Positions 1-12,465 of a stretch of DNA of 64,000 bases are shown piece by piece. The notes beneath the pieces are model-generated. The model saw nothing but the letters and a program-made list of their open reading frames with translations. It ran no database searches and was not told the origin of the DNA. Every line of letters starts with the position of its first letter. The first letter of the stretch is position 1. A program made the translations under genes and the position numbers. The DNA comes from Octopus bimaculoides (lineage: Eukaryota): contig NC_068998.1 of the NCBI RefSeq assembly GCF_001194135.2, forward strand, positions 33,204,216 through 33,268,215, read 5' to 3'.

Positions 1-227
1 TAAAAGACACCATTTCGAGCGTGGCCGTTTTCGTGCGGGTGACACGTAAAAGCACCCACTACACTCTCTGAGTGGTTGGCGTTAGGAAGGGCATCCAGCT
101 GTAGAAACTCTGCCAAATCAGACTGGAGCCTGGTGTTGCCATCCGGTTTCACCAGTCCTCAGTCAAATCGTCCAACCCATGCTAGCATGGAAAGCGGACG
201 TTAAACGATGATGATGATGATGATGAT
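1..227 (+). mobile_element. 3' end of RTE-clade LINE (young subfamily) with (GAT)7 tail, cut by window edge
   Basis: Ends CCAACCCATGCTAGCATGGAAAGCGGACGTTAAAC(GAT)7, the same terminus as the RTE copies at 4960-5785 and 16632-16677; 225/227 identical to 39064-39290. Confidence 0.85.
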
Positions 228-1745
228 TTAACCGCCCCCCCCCCATAATTTAAGTGTATGATTTCTAAATTTTTTGTTTTACATTTTTCATATTTTTATA
301 TTTCATTATACATTTAAAAATTCTTTTATAATTTTTTTTCACAGTTTTTAATAATTTTTATACCTTCATACATTTTTATATAGTAATTACAGTGTATGAT
401 TTCTAAACTTTTTTTCATTTATTTTACATTTTTATATTGTTTTGTATATTTTAATATTTTTATTTTAATTTACATTTTAAAATGTTTTATAATATTTATA
501 CCTTTATAAACTTCCTTATATGATTTTAAGTACTTTCTAATTACCTTTTATTTACCTTTATAATTAATGTATGATATTTTTTATCCTTATAGATTATAGT
601 TTTGCTACTTTATATGAGATTTCTTTATTCCCATTCAATGATTTCCAAAGTCATGCTTCAGGAACCCTCTACTCCTTTCACCACTCAAATTCAGTCTTCT
701 CTAATCCTTTATCTTTCTAAATTCTCTTCTTTCTTAATATAATGGTAATAAGTAAGCTGTTAGGATTGGTTTCCTGGTATTTTCATTTATCTTACCCTTT
801 TTTTCTCTCTCCCTGCCCTCATTTCCCTTTCCTTCCCTCTTCCTTGTCTGGTTGTGGTGATAAAGTCTGGTATTTAAGGTCACAAATGACCTTAATAATT
901 AAGTAGGTTGATATGATCACAAATCATTTATTCCTATCCCTTGTCAGTGAACAATATGCTTCTTGAAGAATATCTTAGACAAATGGAGCCTCTTCTTCCT
1001 CTGTTGTTGATAATTAGGATGATTAGGGACAATTAGGTCACTTTCCCCCCTTCCCCCTCAATAACAAGCCAATTAACCCATATATTTTCTGAAATCCCCA
1101 CTGAACTGATTGGGTGTGCATTGTTTTGGTAAGCTCATTCTGAACGAGTGGCAGAATCATTGAATATGTATCTTGCTGTGAATTTTATGTTATTTTAAAT
1201 GCTCTTCATTGTAGAGTTTGTGTATCCATCTGAAAAAACAAAAAAAATGGTACTCATTTATCAGTTAAGAAAATGGTTAGAAACGGCCGTAAGATTTGAA
1301 ACTTGTCCTTCAATTGTTACTTTATATATAGTTACACTGCATGCAGCATCCCCAAACCACCTACAACACAACAGACTGTGTCCAATAGATCAGAAGACCG
1401 TTTAGGCAAGCTCAGCAGACCAGCTTGCTTAGACAGATGTAGCAGTAATCAAACAAGTCAGAAGAATTAAAAATAACAGTCAAACTGCTGGGTATAACCA
1501 AAGTACAAGAATTTTAATTAAGAGGCCAATAACATTTATGGAATAAATAAACAGTTCTTTACAGAGTTTTACGAGAGTCCTTTCATTTGTCTCTGAAATG
1601 TGCAGACTTCTTTTGGTGAGCCCTTCTTTTATTCACCAGTCTCATGATTTATTTCCTATCGTTTTTTTTATCTTTCTTTTTTTCTGACTGGACTCTTGTT
1701 ACTTCTGAAATCACATCAAATCGTGTTACTTTTCTGCCTTCTACA

Positions 1746-1793
<48 letters not shown>

Positions 1794-2324
1794 ACAAGCA
1801 AATTAGCTAGTTAAAATATCTCTATAAGAGGTGAAAACAGTAACTATATTAAGAAGTAATGCTTATCGCCACTTAAACATGGCTGTTACGTTGGAACCGA
1901 CGTTACTACCATTTTAACCTCAGGTGGATGCTTCCTCCTACTGGTTATTGTTGCAATCTGCACCCTATATACATTGCAAGCAAGTGCGTAAACCCCTATC
2001 ATCTTCCAGCCGCAAGACCACCAGATCATATGGTTTCAAGCTCTTTATGCTCTCCTTGGTGGTGGATACTCATCTGCTGAAGATCATTCCAGTTTACAAT
2101 ACATAGAAAATAAGTGACACTCTGTCACTGACCTTGCAATAAGCAACTTTGGTAGCTGGAAAATCTTTATGAGAGATGAAGGTAGTAACTACACTGAGAA
2201 GTAATGTTTATCACCACTTCAACATTGCTGTTCCATAGGAACTGACGCTGCTATCATTTTAACCCTAGGAGAATGCCTCCTCCAGCTGGTTATTCAATAA
2301 AATTTTCACCTGATATATATTCTT

Positions 2325-2535
2325 TTCTACTCTAGACACCATGAACGAAATTTGGGGGAAGGGGCCAGTCAATTAAATTGACCTCAGTATGCCACTGGTA
2401 CTTAATTTTACCACTTCGAAAGGATGAAATGCAAAGTCAACTTAAGCAGAATTTGAACTCAGAACCTAAAGACAGATGAAATATTGCAAAGCATTTTGCC
2501 TGGTGTGCTAACGTTTCTGCCAGTTTGTCACCTTT
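2325..2535 (-). mobile_element. tRNA-derived SINE with Deu/Nin-like core
   Basis: Reverse strand reads ...CTGGCAGAAACGTTAGCAC...GTTCTGAGTTCAAATTC (B-box-like)...TTTGCATTTCATCCTTTCGAAGTGGTAAAATTAAGTACCAGT; related copies at 10128 and 43494. Confidence 0.75.
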
Positions 2536-2577
2536 TTCACCTGATATATATTACTCTAGTAGATGAGTATCCTTGGT

Positions 2578-3110
2578 TTAGAAATGTTCAAGGAAACCAG
2601 CTGGATGACTCTCAAACAACGTGAAATTTTCCTGTAATGTGATCAGCCTGGTGAACTTTTGATTAGGTGTCAGATGTGACACCCACTGAGCAAAATCCTT
2701 CATCATGCCAAGGATATTCTCAACTCTCTCATGGAATATGCTGATAGCATTGGTGATTTGATTTATATTTAATCCCTTATCATCTATCACCATGTGGTGA
2801 TCACAAGTAATGTTTTCCTTGGTGATGTCAGTTGCAAGATGTCACAACATTGGATTATCTTCAAGATTTTCAATTACCCCCCTAAATTCAGCTGCTCACC
2901 TTTGCATTGTTGATAAATCTGAAGTGTCATCCCCTGACGTAGCAAGCATGTCAGTATGAATGTCCTTAGGAACCAAACCCTTCTCCTGCCGGTACTTGAT
3001 AACACAACGATGCTAAATTTTGTCCATTTTCCAGAGAAGTCACTACTTGTCACCTTTGAGGTCTTCTTTCAACAGTCACACGTCTATTTACTGGGAAAGA
3101 AACAATGCAA
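2578..3110 (-). mobile_element. Mariner transposase 5' half (decayed)
   Basis: MDKI*HRCVIKYRQEKGLVPKDIH... N-terminal HTH region followed by MVIDDKGLNINQITNAISIFHERVENILGMMKDFAQWVSHLTP (WVPHxL-like motif); contains stops. Confidence 0.8.
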
Positions 3111-3219
3111 TTATTAATGAGAAATGTTGAAATTAATGCATGTGAGGTTTCACAGCTCTATCTTCACTCCTTCATAGTCAGCCTATGAACATTTCAGCCC
3201 ACACTTGCATGTGGTGTGC

Positions 3220-3297
<78 letters not shown>

Positions 3298-3726
3298 AGC
3301 ATTATCATCATTATCATCATCACCATATACTTTTCCGTGCTTGCATGAGATGGATGGAGTATATTGAAGCAGATCTTCTATAGCTGGATGCCCTTCTTCT
3401 TTACAAGCAAGAAAACATTCCTTAAGGCTAAACTTGTTTATGTAGAATATTGGAAATGAATGAAACTCATTTACAACATTTAATCAATGCCCAGACATGC
3501 ACACACACACACACACACACAGGTGTAGGCATAGCTACACTGATAGGAAGCTTCCCCCCTCTCTCTCTCTGTTTATATGTATATATAAAACCATGGTAAA
3601 TTAATCAAATTCTACCACCTCTTAGATTTCGATTATCTCCCTTATACCGGAAGAAATCCCTAATTACCTCCCCCTATCTAGAACTCTTCTTTTCAGACTG
3701 GAGCGAACACATGTTACAATGAAGTA

Positions 3727-3765
3727 GAGAAATTTGAAAATACAACACGAAACCGGTTATTTCTC
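3727..3765 (+). ncRNA. Decayed minimal hammerhead-like motif
   Basis: GAGAAAT/ATTTCTC 7-bp stem I, core TTGAAAA (vs CTGAnGA), GAAA, palindromic stem III AACCGGTT; stem II is essentially lost. Confidence 0.35.
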
Positions 3766-3874
3766 AAAATACAATGTTTATATACCAAAAAGATTTTATA
3801 ACATTTTTCTGACATAATTTAAATATATACTTTAACCATGTAACACAAGCCTTCTGTAGTTTTTTCACTCTCAT

Positions 3875-3907
<33 letters not shown>

Positions 3908-4379
3908 ATGTTAGGTTAAAAAAATTCTTTGAGAGCAAACTTTATACATTGAAAAGCAGGAAAACAGTGAGAACTGGTCAGTCAAATACGATTTTCTCCC
4001 TCTTTTTTTTTCTTTGGCAATATATATTTTGTAAAAAACTCTCTCCTCTCCAATTGGACTTAGAAAAATATTTTTTTTTAGTAAAATTATTTTGTTTAAA
4101 ACCTTTTTCTGTGAAATCAAACTTATAATATAAGTAAAAAAGAAGCAATGATTTTTTTCAGTAAAACCATTTTATGAGAAAACAGCCCTAGTACATTTAA
4201 TTGTATATTATTGACTGTAAATATATTTATCTTCTATGTAGGAAAATAAAAGTTGTTTTATTTTACAAAAAATTATAATTACATAAAAAAAATTTGGCAC
4301 ATTTTCAAACCTTTCTCATCATTTTTCATACATAAGTATACAAGCACAGGACCCGGCGTTGCCTGGCATTAAAATGACA

Positions 4380-4600
4380 TAGTTTTTTATTGTTTTACTT
4401 GCTTCAGTCATGTGATGGCGGCTATGCTGGAGCACCATCTTTACTTGAAGAAATCGACACCAGGATTTATTATTTGTAAGCCTAGTACTTATTCTATCAG
4501 TTTGTTTTGCAAAGCGGCTAAGTTATGGGGACAGAAACACAGCAATATCAGTTGCCAAGCAATGGTTGGAGTACAAGCACAGACACACAGACACACACAC
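4380..4600 (-). mobile_element. 3' module of octopus composite CORE-type SINE
   Basis: CAGTCAT..GCTATGCTGGAGCACC...GTAAGCCTAGTACTTATTCTATC shared with fuller copies at 7829-8220 and 57425-57817; runs into a CA/TA microsatellite. Confidence 0.75.
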
Positions 4601-4684
4601 ATACATATATCTACATATTTACATACATGTATAAATATAGATATATAAACATATATATATATATATATATACATATAGGTATAT

Positions 4685-4925
4685 ATAACCAGCCCCAGCC
4701 CATTCAAGTACCTGGAATCGTAGGGTAACCTGCTGTGCTTGAAGAGACCTAGAGACTAGTACATTAACATCAAAATAAAAATCAAATGGAAATTGTAGTT
4801 GTGATACCTGTGCCAGTAGCACGTAAAAAGCACCATCCAAATGTGGCCGATGCCAGCACTGCCATCACTGGCTTCCATGCCAGTGGCATGTAAGAAGCAC
4901 CAACGGATCCTGGCTGTCACCAGCC
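4685..4925 (+). mobile_element. RTE 3'UTR fragment, inverted relative to neighbouring copy
   Basis: Reverse complement of 5160-5400 with about 19 mismatches in 241 nt by manual alignment. Confidence 0.85.
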
Positions 4926-4959
4926 TTCTCATACATATACATACACACATACACATCTG

Positions 4960-5785
4960 TATATCATCATCGTTTAATGTCCGTTTTCCATGCTAGCATG
5001 GGTTGGATGGTTCGACTGGGGTCTGAGAAGCCAGGAGGCTGCACCAGGCTCAGAGTCTGATCTGGCAGTGTTTCTACAACTGGATGCCCTTCCTAATGCC
5101 AACCATTCTGTGAGTGTAGTGGGTGCTTTTTATGTACCACTGGCACAGGGGCCAGAGGTGGCTGGTGACAACCAGGATCGGTTGGTGCTTTTTACATGCC
5201 ACTGGCACGGAAGCCAGTCAAGGCAGCGCTGGCATCGGCCACATTTGGATGGTGCTTTTTACGTGCCACCAGCACGGGTATCACAACTACAATTTCCATT
5301 TGATTTTTATTTTGATGTTGATGTACTTGACTCTAGGTCTCCTCAAGCACAGCAGGTCACTTTACGACTCCAGGTACTTGAATGGGCTGGGGCTGGTTAT
5401 GTGAAGCTGGTGTAGGATACAGCCATGAACTCACTTTATTTGCCGGGTCTTCGCAGTCACAGCATATCTCCAGAGGTCTTGGTCTTTCGTCATTGCCTCT
5501 GTGAGGCCCAATGTTCGAAGGTCATGCTTGACCACCTCATCCCATGCCTTCCTGGGTCTATTTCTACCACGAATTCCTTCAACTGTTTGGGAGTGGCACT
5601 TCTTCCCCCATCTCTCCTCATCCATCTGTAGTACATGACCAAACGTCTCTCTTGCATGCCACATCTGATGCTTCTTATGTCCAACATTTCTCTCAAGGCG
5701 CTTACACTCCGTCGTGTGTGCACACTGATATTACACATCCAGTGGATCATGCTAGCTTCATTTCTTTTTATTTCTTTTGAGCCTA
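4960..5785 (-). mobile_element. 5'-truncated RTE LINE (ORF2 C-terminus, 3'UTR and (GAT)n tail)
   Basis: Minus-strand peptides ...MIHWMCNISVHTRRSVSALREMLDIRSIRCGMQERR and RGRNRPRKAWDEVVKHDLRTLGLTEAMTKDQDLWR match the C-termini of the 14450 and 62337 copies; tail at about 4963-4975. Confidence 0.85.
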
Positions 5786-6042
5786 ATGTACACATAGATC
5801 TATATTTATACATCTAATTCTGGATTGGGATTCGATGTGCTTGAAGACCACTGGGATTGAGGTATCCCTTAGTTTTTGTTAAAATATGTCTCTAGGAGGA
5901 GGTCACTTTGATATAAAACCATAAATGCAGGGATTGGCATATCTGGTGATGTGGGGAGTAAAGTATCCATGATTGCACCTTTTCCTGTCTTTTACACATT
6001 GTCTGTGCTTAAGATTCTCTCTCTCACTGAATCTATATATGC

Positions 6043-6172
<130 letters not shown>

Positions 6173-7076
6173 ATGTATATATATATAGAGAGATAGACAA
6201 GAAATTATGCATGGCATTAAATCATTTATAAAAGATTTTACATAAATGTAAACCTAAGCACCTTTTGGCAAAGAAAATATTGTCTTTATAGTTGTTTCAA
6301 AACTTCTGCCACTGGTTGACACAATAATGAGCATTATGCAAACAGGCTTACATACTGATGAAATAATGTACAACAAAAAGTAAAATAATAATCAAGACAT
6401 AAACATGAGATGTTAATATATTCAAGCTGAAAGCATTGAAGTACCAAATTTTTTTTTATTAAAAAGATGAGTGGTAAAATACAATTTTTATAGTAATAAA
6501 CCGATTCTTAAGAGCATAGAAACAGCAATAAAAAGAAGGAGAAAGAGAGAGATTAGTAGTGACGAGGTGGAAGAGCATAAAGAAGAAAGGCTGTGAAATC
6601 AAGAGTGAGAACATGCAATGGAGAGCTTAGAAAAAAAGAAAGGAGGAGAATGAAAACAGCCAAGAACAGGTGAAAAGGCCATGTGGTTCATTGGAACCAG
6701 ACTGATCGAGATATATCATAATTCTAAGTTTGAGGAAAAGAGAGTAGAAAAAGAAGATCAAAAGGAATTCATTATAAGAAAGAAAGGGCCGAGCAAATTA
6801 CTCCTCCTCTTCTCTGTGGGTGACAGAGTAACATTTTGGCTGCCGTAATACAGAATCCAACAGTGTAGATAAGACAGAAGTCAACTGAAAAATTCAAGAA
6901 TTAAAAATTGAGAGACCTGAAAATAAGAAAAACTGATAAAATAAAGAGGAATAACGGTGAATTTGTAAATGTTGAAGGAGAGGCTAAAAGGAAACTGATC
7001 CTTATATAAACAGAATTTTGAAGACTTTAAGTTTTAGGAATAAAAGTGTACCGTAATTCTAATTAAACCCAGTTTA

Positions 7077-7108
<32 letters not shown>

Positions 7109-7828
7109 CGCCGCTGCTGCTGCACTTTTCCATAGCTTGCAGAGGTCAAACAATGTTTGTTGAAGCAGTTTTTCTATGGCCAGATGCCCTTCTTGGTGCC
7201 TACTATAAGCTATTTCCAAGCAAAACAATATGCTCAATTACAACCATACAAACATGCACTGGCCGATGACAAGCTTCTTTTAGTTTCCACTGACCAAATA
7301 CACTGAAAAGGCTTTGGTTGGCCAGGGACTATAGCAAAATACACCTACTCTAGATGCTGTAAAGGACATGTTTGGGAAGCAAGCTTCTTATCCACACAGC
7401 CATACTGATGCCTTCAGCCTTCATTTGTACATTGATAAAGAAGGAAATATAAAAGATAGGATGAAAATGTTAAATCAAGATGCAGATTTATAATTATCAA
7501 AAAACAATTGGTGTTTATTGTATAAAGTACACAGTTAAAAAAAAATGCCGAGGCTGCTAGAATGTAAGTGTATTCCACTGTTTATTAAAGAGAGGATCCC
7601 TATTTTCACATATCTCATCAGTGGATTGCATGTAGTGCAGCCAACTTGGTAAGCTCTTCCAGTCTATTAATAGATTCGGTAATATTACAGGAATGTTATT
7701 AGCATTGTGATATTGGAATATGATTTACTAATGAGGTGGAGTATTTGCATGTAATATTAGAAAATGAACTAACTTATATTAAGCAACATCTCTTGAAATC
7801 AGTGAAAGACTGGCCCAAGTAAATATAT

Positions 7829-8220
7829 ACTCTTTTACTCTTTTATTTGTTTCAGTCATTTGACTGCAGCCATGCTGGAGCACCTTCTTTAGTCGAGCAA
7901 ATTGACCCCAGAACTTATTTTTTGTAAGCCTAGTACTTATTCTATCGATCTCTTTTGCCGAACCGCTAAGTTACGGGGACGTAAACACACCACAATTGGT
8001 TGTCAAGCGATGGTGGTGGGACAAACACAGGCACACAAACACACATATATGTATACTTATATACGACGGGCTTCTTTCAGTTTCCGTCTGCCAAAACCAC
8101 TCACAAGGCTTTGGTTGGCCCAAGGCTATAGTAGAAGACATTTGCCCAAAGTGCCACGCACTGGGACTGAACCCAGAACCATGTGGTTGGTAAGCAAGCT
8201 ACCTACCACACAGCCACTCC
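7829..8220 (-). mobile_element. Near full-length composite SINE (tRNA-like head, CORE-like domain, microsatellite, 3' module; OR-family-like)
   Basis: Minus strand: GGAGTGGCTGTGTGGTAGGTAGCTTGCTTACCAACCACATGGTTCTGGGTTCAGTCCC head, GCACTTTGGGCAAATGTCTTCTACTATAGCC CORE-like segment, TA/TG tract, then 3' module. Confidence 0.8.
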
Positions 8221-8279
8221 TATTTGTTAAATTTTCTAAATTCTGTTTATCGTTAAGCTAAGAAGCATGTCATACATTG

Positions 8280-8590
8280 TCCTCATTGCAGTGGCATTTA
8301 ATATCCTCTTTCCATGGTTTGCATGGTATGACAAGAGCTGGCAAGTCAGAAGGCTGCACCAAGCTCTACCAGTTGGCATGGTTTCTATGGCTGAACAACC
8401 TTCCTAACACCAATCACTTTGCAGAGTGTACTGGGTGCTTTTTTTTTACATAACATCAGCAGCAGTGAGGTCATCAAATAACTCACAAGACAAGACCTCT
8501 CAACTGAGGAAGGTGGCTTTGTGCCAGGTGATGTGAGGTTAGAGTATGAATAAAAGGACAGCAATTGGTCTCTACCTCAGTTGGGGAGAG
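8280..8590 (-). mobile_element. Decayed RTE 3' end
   Basis: Homologous to 4963-5130 (GGTTTCTATGGCTGAACAACCTTCCTAACACCAATCAC...GTGTACTGGGTGCTTTT). Confidence 0.6.
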
Positions 8591-8622
8591 AGAGAGAAGG
8601 GGGGAGGGGAATATATGTCTCT

Positions 8623-8659
<37 letters not shown>

Positions 8660-8669
<10 letters not shown>

Positions 8670-8830
8670 AATCCAAAACAAACGAAGAACAAACGCACAA
8701 AAAAAAAACAGCATGAGGACGTGGTACATGTAAAGTATTAGCAGACGCTCAGGAAGGGAAAGAAAGGTGATTTTATGTTTTGAGCAAAGCTCTTTTTCAG
8801 AAGCAGAAGACATAGAAATATCCAATAGAA
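8660..8830 (-). repeat. Short hammerhead-bearing interspersed repeat, copy 1
   Basis: Minus strand CTGAAAAAGAGCTTTGCTCAAAACATAAAA (8771-8800) plus about 110 nt downstream aligns with 43977-44125. Confidence 0.6.
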
Positions 8831-10127
8831 AAGAAGACGTAGGAAAAAAAAATTGCCAATGATCACATGTGGTTATATATAAAAATATCCTCTAGGCTTG
8901 CACTAAAATGTTTCAAGTTTATTTTGATATTTTGTCAGCTGATCTCTTTTCATCATGATGTAAGAAAAATGAGCTTATTTTCCTTACATCATAAAGAAAG
9001 CGTTGATGAACCATTGAAATAAATATAAAATGCTTTGGTGCTTGTCTAAAGAAAATAATATTATACATAAAAATGCACTAATGCCAAACTACAGTTTCTA
9101 ATTCACACACACACACAATTGGACATATACACGTATCTAGTAGGGATAATTAATATTTGCACTGATATCAAACAAAATGTACAAGCTGTTGATAGTACAT
9201 GTTTGAGTTAGAATATAATATAATATATGAAATGATATAACATTCTAAATTGTTTACAATAATAACTTGCAAATATTCTTGTTTCAAATTTCTCACTGTT
9301 CATTGTAAAAGAAGAGAAAATGAACTTATTTTCACCAGAAGTGGCAGAAATGCTATGGTTATTTATTTAGCTCAACACTTGCTTCATAAGAGATTAAAAA
9401 CAAATACTGATGTGAGTTAAAAAATGTAAATAGCTTCACAAGCTACAAATGGTTTGTGATTGTAATTGTTATGTAAACAGCACATAGGCTATTGCTATAA
9501 TAGTTATGTAAGGTGTAATAGTAACACATTTTAAATAATCTGAAGATGCAAGTTGTAGTGCATCTCTCTGTGTTCTGTGCAAGCTGCATTCTAAGTTGGT
9601 TTTATCCTTGCAGAGAAATGAATGTTGTGTAAACTGTATTCAATGTCATATCAGAGCCAGATATGTGCAACTCTCTATTGGCAACATGACTATCTGCAGG
9701 TTTGCAGGACTCAGTCTGTACAGAAGTACACAAGTAATCTACTACAAAGGTTCAATTGAAATATGAAAACTTTAACGTGGACAGGTTTTCTTCTTTCTTT
9801 TTTTTTAATATTTTTGTTGTCATAAAACTACAGATAGTCTAAGATAGCATGGCTTCAAAATTGCTAACTTGCACAAGGAAAATACCAAAAAACTCATCTG
9901 CTCACAAAATATTTCTGAATGAAAGCAAAAATTTTGATAATAGAGTTCCATGAAGAATAAAATGAAATAATGGTAAACTACATATTTATACTTTCACTAA
10001 TATTATGACTTGCTCTTCTGTACCATTCAAGCCAGTGCTTTATCCTTTAGCCACCTGACTGGTGAAACAAAAATATGGTCTGTTTTTTAGGAAAATTTTA
10101 TTATTTTCAAGGGGTGTATTTTAGGGA

Positions 10128-10297
10128 TTAAGGTGGCGAGCTGGCAGAATCATTTGCACCCTAAGCAAAATGCTTAGTGGCATTCAGTAGATTTTTATGT
10201 TCTGAGTTCAAATAAGTACCAGTAAAACACTGGGGTAGATCTAATTGACTTATCTGCTCCCTGAAATTGCTGGCCTTGTGCCAAAATTTGAAACCAA
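10128..10297 (+). mobile_element. Deu/Nin-like SINE with internal deletion
   Basis: TAAGGTGGCGAGCTGGCAGAATC head; GTTCTGAGTTCAAAT joined directly to AAGTACCAGT, lacking about 46 nt present in the 2325-2535 copy. Confidence 0.75.
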
Positions 10298-12425
10298 TAT
10301 ATATTTTAATTATATTTGTATTGCAAACTCTTTAATGTAGATAGTAATGGTTACAATCAAATTAAGATAAAGCATGCAATAAATGTTTGAACAGTTGGTT
10401 GGAATTATGAAAGTGTAGGTTACCAAGGTTTGGGATGTATATACATCCTACAAAGTAATATCTATATCAATTATATATTTTAAGTGAGCAAGTGTATCTT
10501 CCAAATTCTAATACAGATGTTACTATTTATTATTTTTTAACATTTATTTTTTAAAATTTACTTTACTAAATACAATTTCAATTAATAATTTATTCCACTT
10601 CCTGGTCAACGACTTAAGCAGATGAATAAATATTCCTTTTACAACTGAGGATGAATAATTGTCTAATGTTACTACATTATCCTAATGTAGGATTTTCAGA
10701 TTGAACTAAACTTAAGATTTTATAAAATATTGGCAAAATCTAGTGAAGCATTTCTTTAATGTAATTGGCTTCATTGTGAAGTGAAGAGATTAACTTTCAC
10801 ATGGTTGATTCTTTGTTCTGTTGTAATTAAACTGGTCATCCAGAACTGATAATAGATCAACATCTTATTTTCACTTTGCTAAATTGAAATGAATGCTATG
10901 TAAAGAGATTTTCAAGTTTCTTTCACATCTTTACCCTTGTAGGATGGGCTTAAGGTGAAAGTTTCATTGCTGCTTTTAATTCTGTTATTCATTTCAAGTG
11001 GCTGAGTAACTGGGAGAATATCACCAACAGATGTTTGTCAAAAAAAAAAAGCGAAATTCTGTAAAGTGTTATTGCTAACTTTTTTAATTAATTAAAATAT
11101 TGAACTCAAACATTGGTTTAATGACAAGCACATTTTAAACAAATTAATAGAAATTAAATGAAAAGAAATTAATGATTGAAGTTTTTAACCTATAACAGCA
11201 ATTTCCTATTTTGTTTTATTATTACTAACAGTTACGTTCACAACAATATTTTTCTCGCCTAATATTAAATGAAGACTCTTTTAGGCTAGAAAAGATTAGG
11301 GACTGATATTCTAACCGTAATATTTTATGTGTCCCTTATCTATCTGTAGCTGATTAAAAAAAAAAACAATTGTTTCAATTAAATCAAGTTGTTTTATATA
11401 TTGCAGAATAGAAGGATGATTTCCTGGCAAAAAATGTTTATAAAAGGAATAATGTTTTTAATTGATCTCTTACACCAGTTATATGTTGGTGTAGGAGATT
11501 AAATCCTTTTGCTATAGGGGTTGTAATCTGAAGAAAACTTTGGGGATACTTTTGCCTGCAAGCTCCATGCAACACATCTTTCAATGTAGGCTAGAGAGAG
11601 AGAACTTGTATAGTTGATCGATTTACTAAAAATAACTGACCAATCTCACTCAAATCACACTTTTCTGTATTAAAAACAGAAAAGACTTACAGGATATGTA
11701 GTTCTAGATACACATAAAATGACAGTATGATTACAGATGGGATGCTTTTGATCATAGGTCTACTTGATTACATTTCACTTAAGGTTAAACAACATTGTCT
11801 TCCTATAATGTTAATTGATCAGGAAGCTGTTATTTTTACCTTTCTATTTAACATCAAAACTTCACCTAGCATTCTACTTAACACCTTTGTTCATGTAATC
11901 CACAATAAATATAAAATGAGTGTAACTACAGTGTTGTTTATATTATGATCTCAGAAATAATTTAGGAGAACTTTCATGTTATTATGAGAGTGTAAATTAT
12001 TTTCACAACATCTAACCATTTAGCTGGTACCTCAACATCATAACTCTATGAAAATTGAAGTGACTGAGATTATTCAACGACTTTATCCAAGTCATTTAGT
12101 TAATCCAAAATTGTTAATTAATTAGTTATTAGTTAATGCTTACAAGGGTCAAAAAAACTTTTTCAAAAGAACTTCATTAGAGATCTGTAAGCATTACAAA
12201 GAGAAATTTGAGGAATGTTCACTTCAGTCTTATTGAGTCCTTTTGTAATTGTAGACCACTTGATCTTTATGAACAATCACATCTAAACCTGTAAACAAAG
12301 GTCTTTTATTCTTTAGCTATTTCATTGGTCTAAAGCTATGCCAAGTACTGTTTTCAAGGGGTGTTAGCTTTAGTATTTAGTATGATGGGCGTTTTATTAA
12401 ATTATTTAGTTCACTGGGTTACACA

Positions 12426-12465
<40 letters not shown>

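Noticed and set aside
6500-7030. Gypsy integrase relic (FSVGDRV-like peptide near 6810)
   Set aside because: A single short motif in purine-rich, stop-ridden sequence is insufficient.
7077-7120. (GTC)n(GCC)n(GCT)n tract as a retrotransposed ADAR-edited (ATC)n tail
   Set aside because: It needs both A>G and T>C changes on one strand; point mutation plus slippage explains it more simply.
8130-8220. tRNA gene (also heads at about 21490-21560, 31410-31470, 57750-57817)
   Set aside because: A/B-box-like motifs continue into SINE bodies; no complete cloverleaf.
9614-9784. Plus-strand exon after the strong acceptor TTTTATCCTTGCAG
   Set aside because: Open frames give no recognisable protein and the donor sites are weak or ambiguous; cannot be supported without RNA data.
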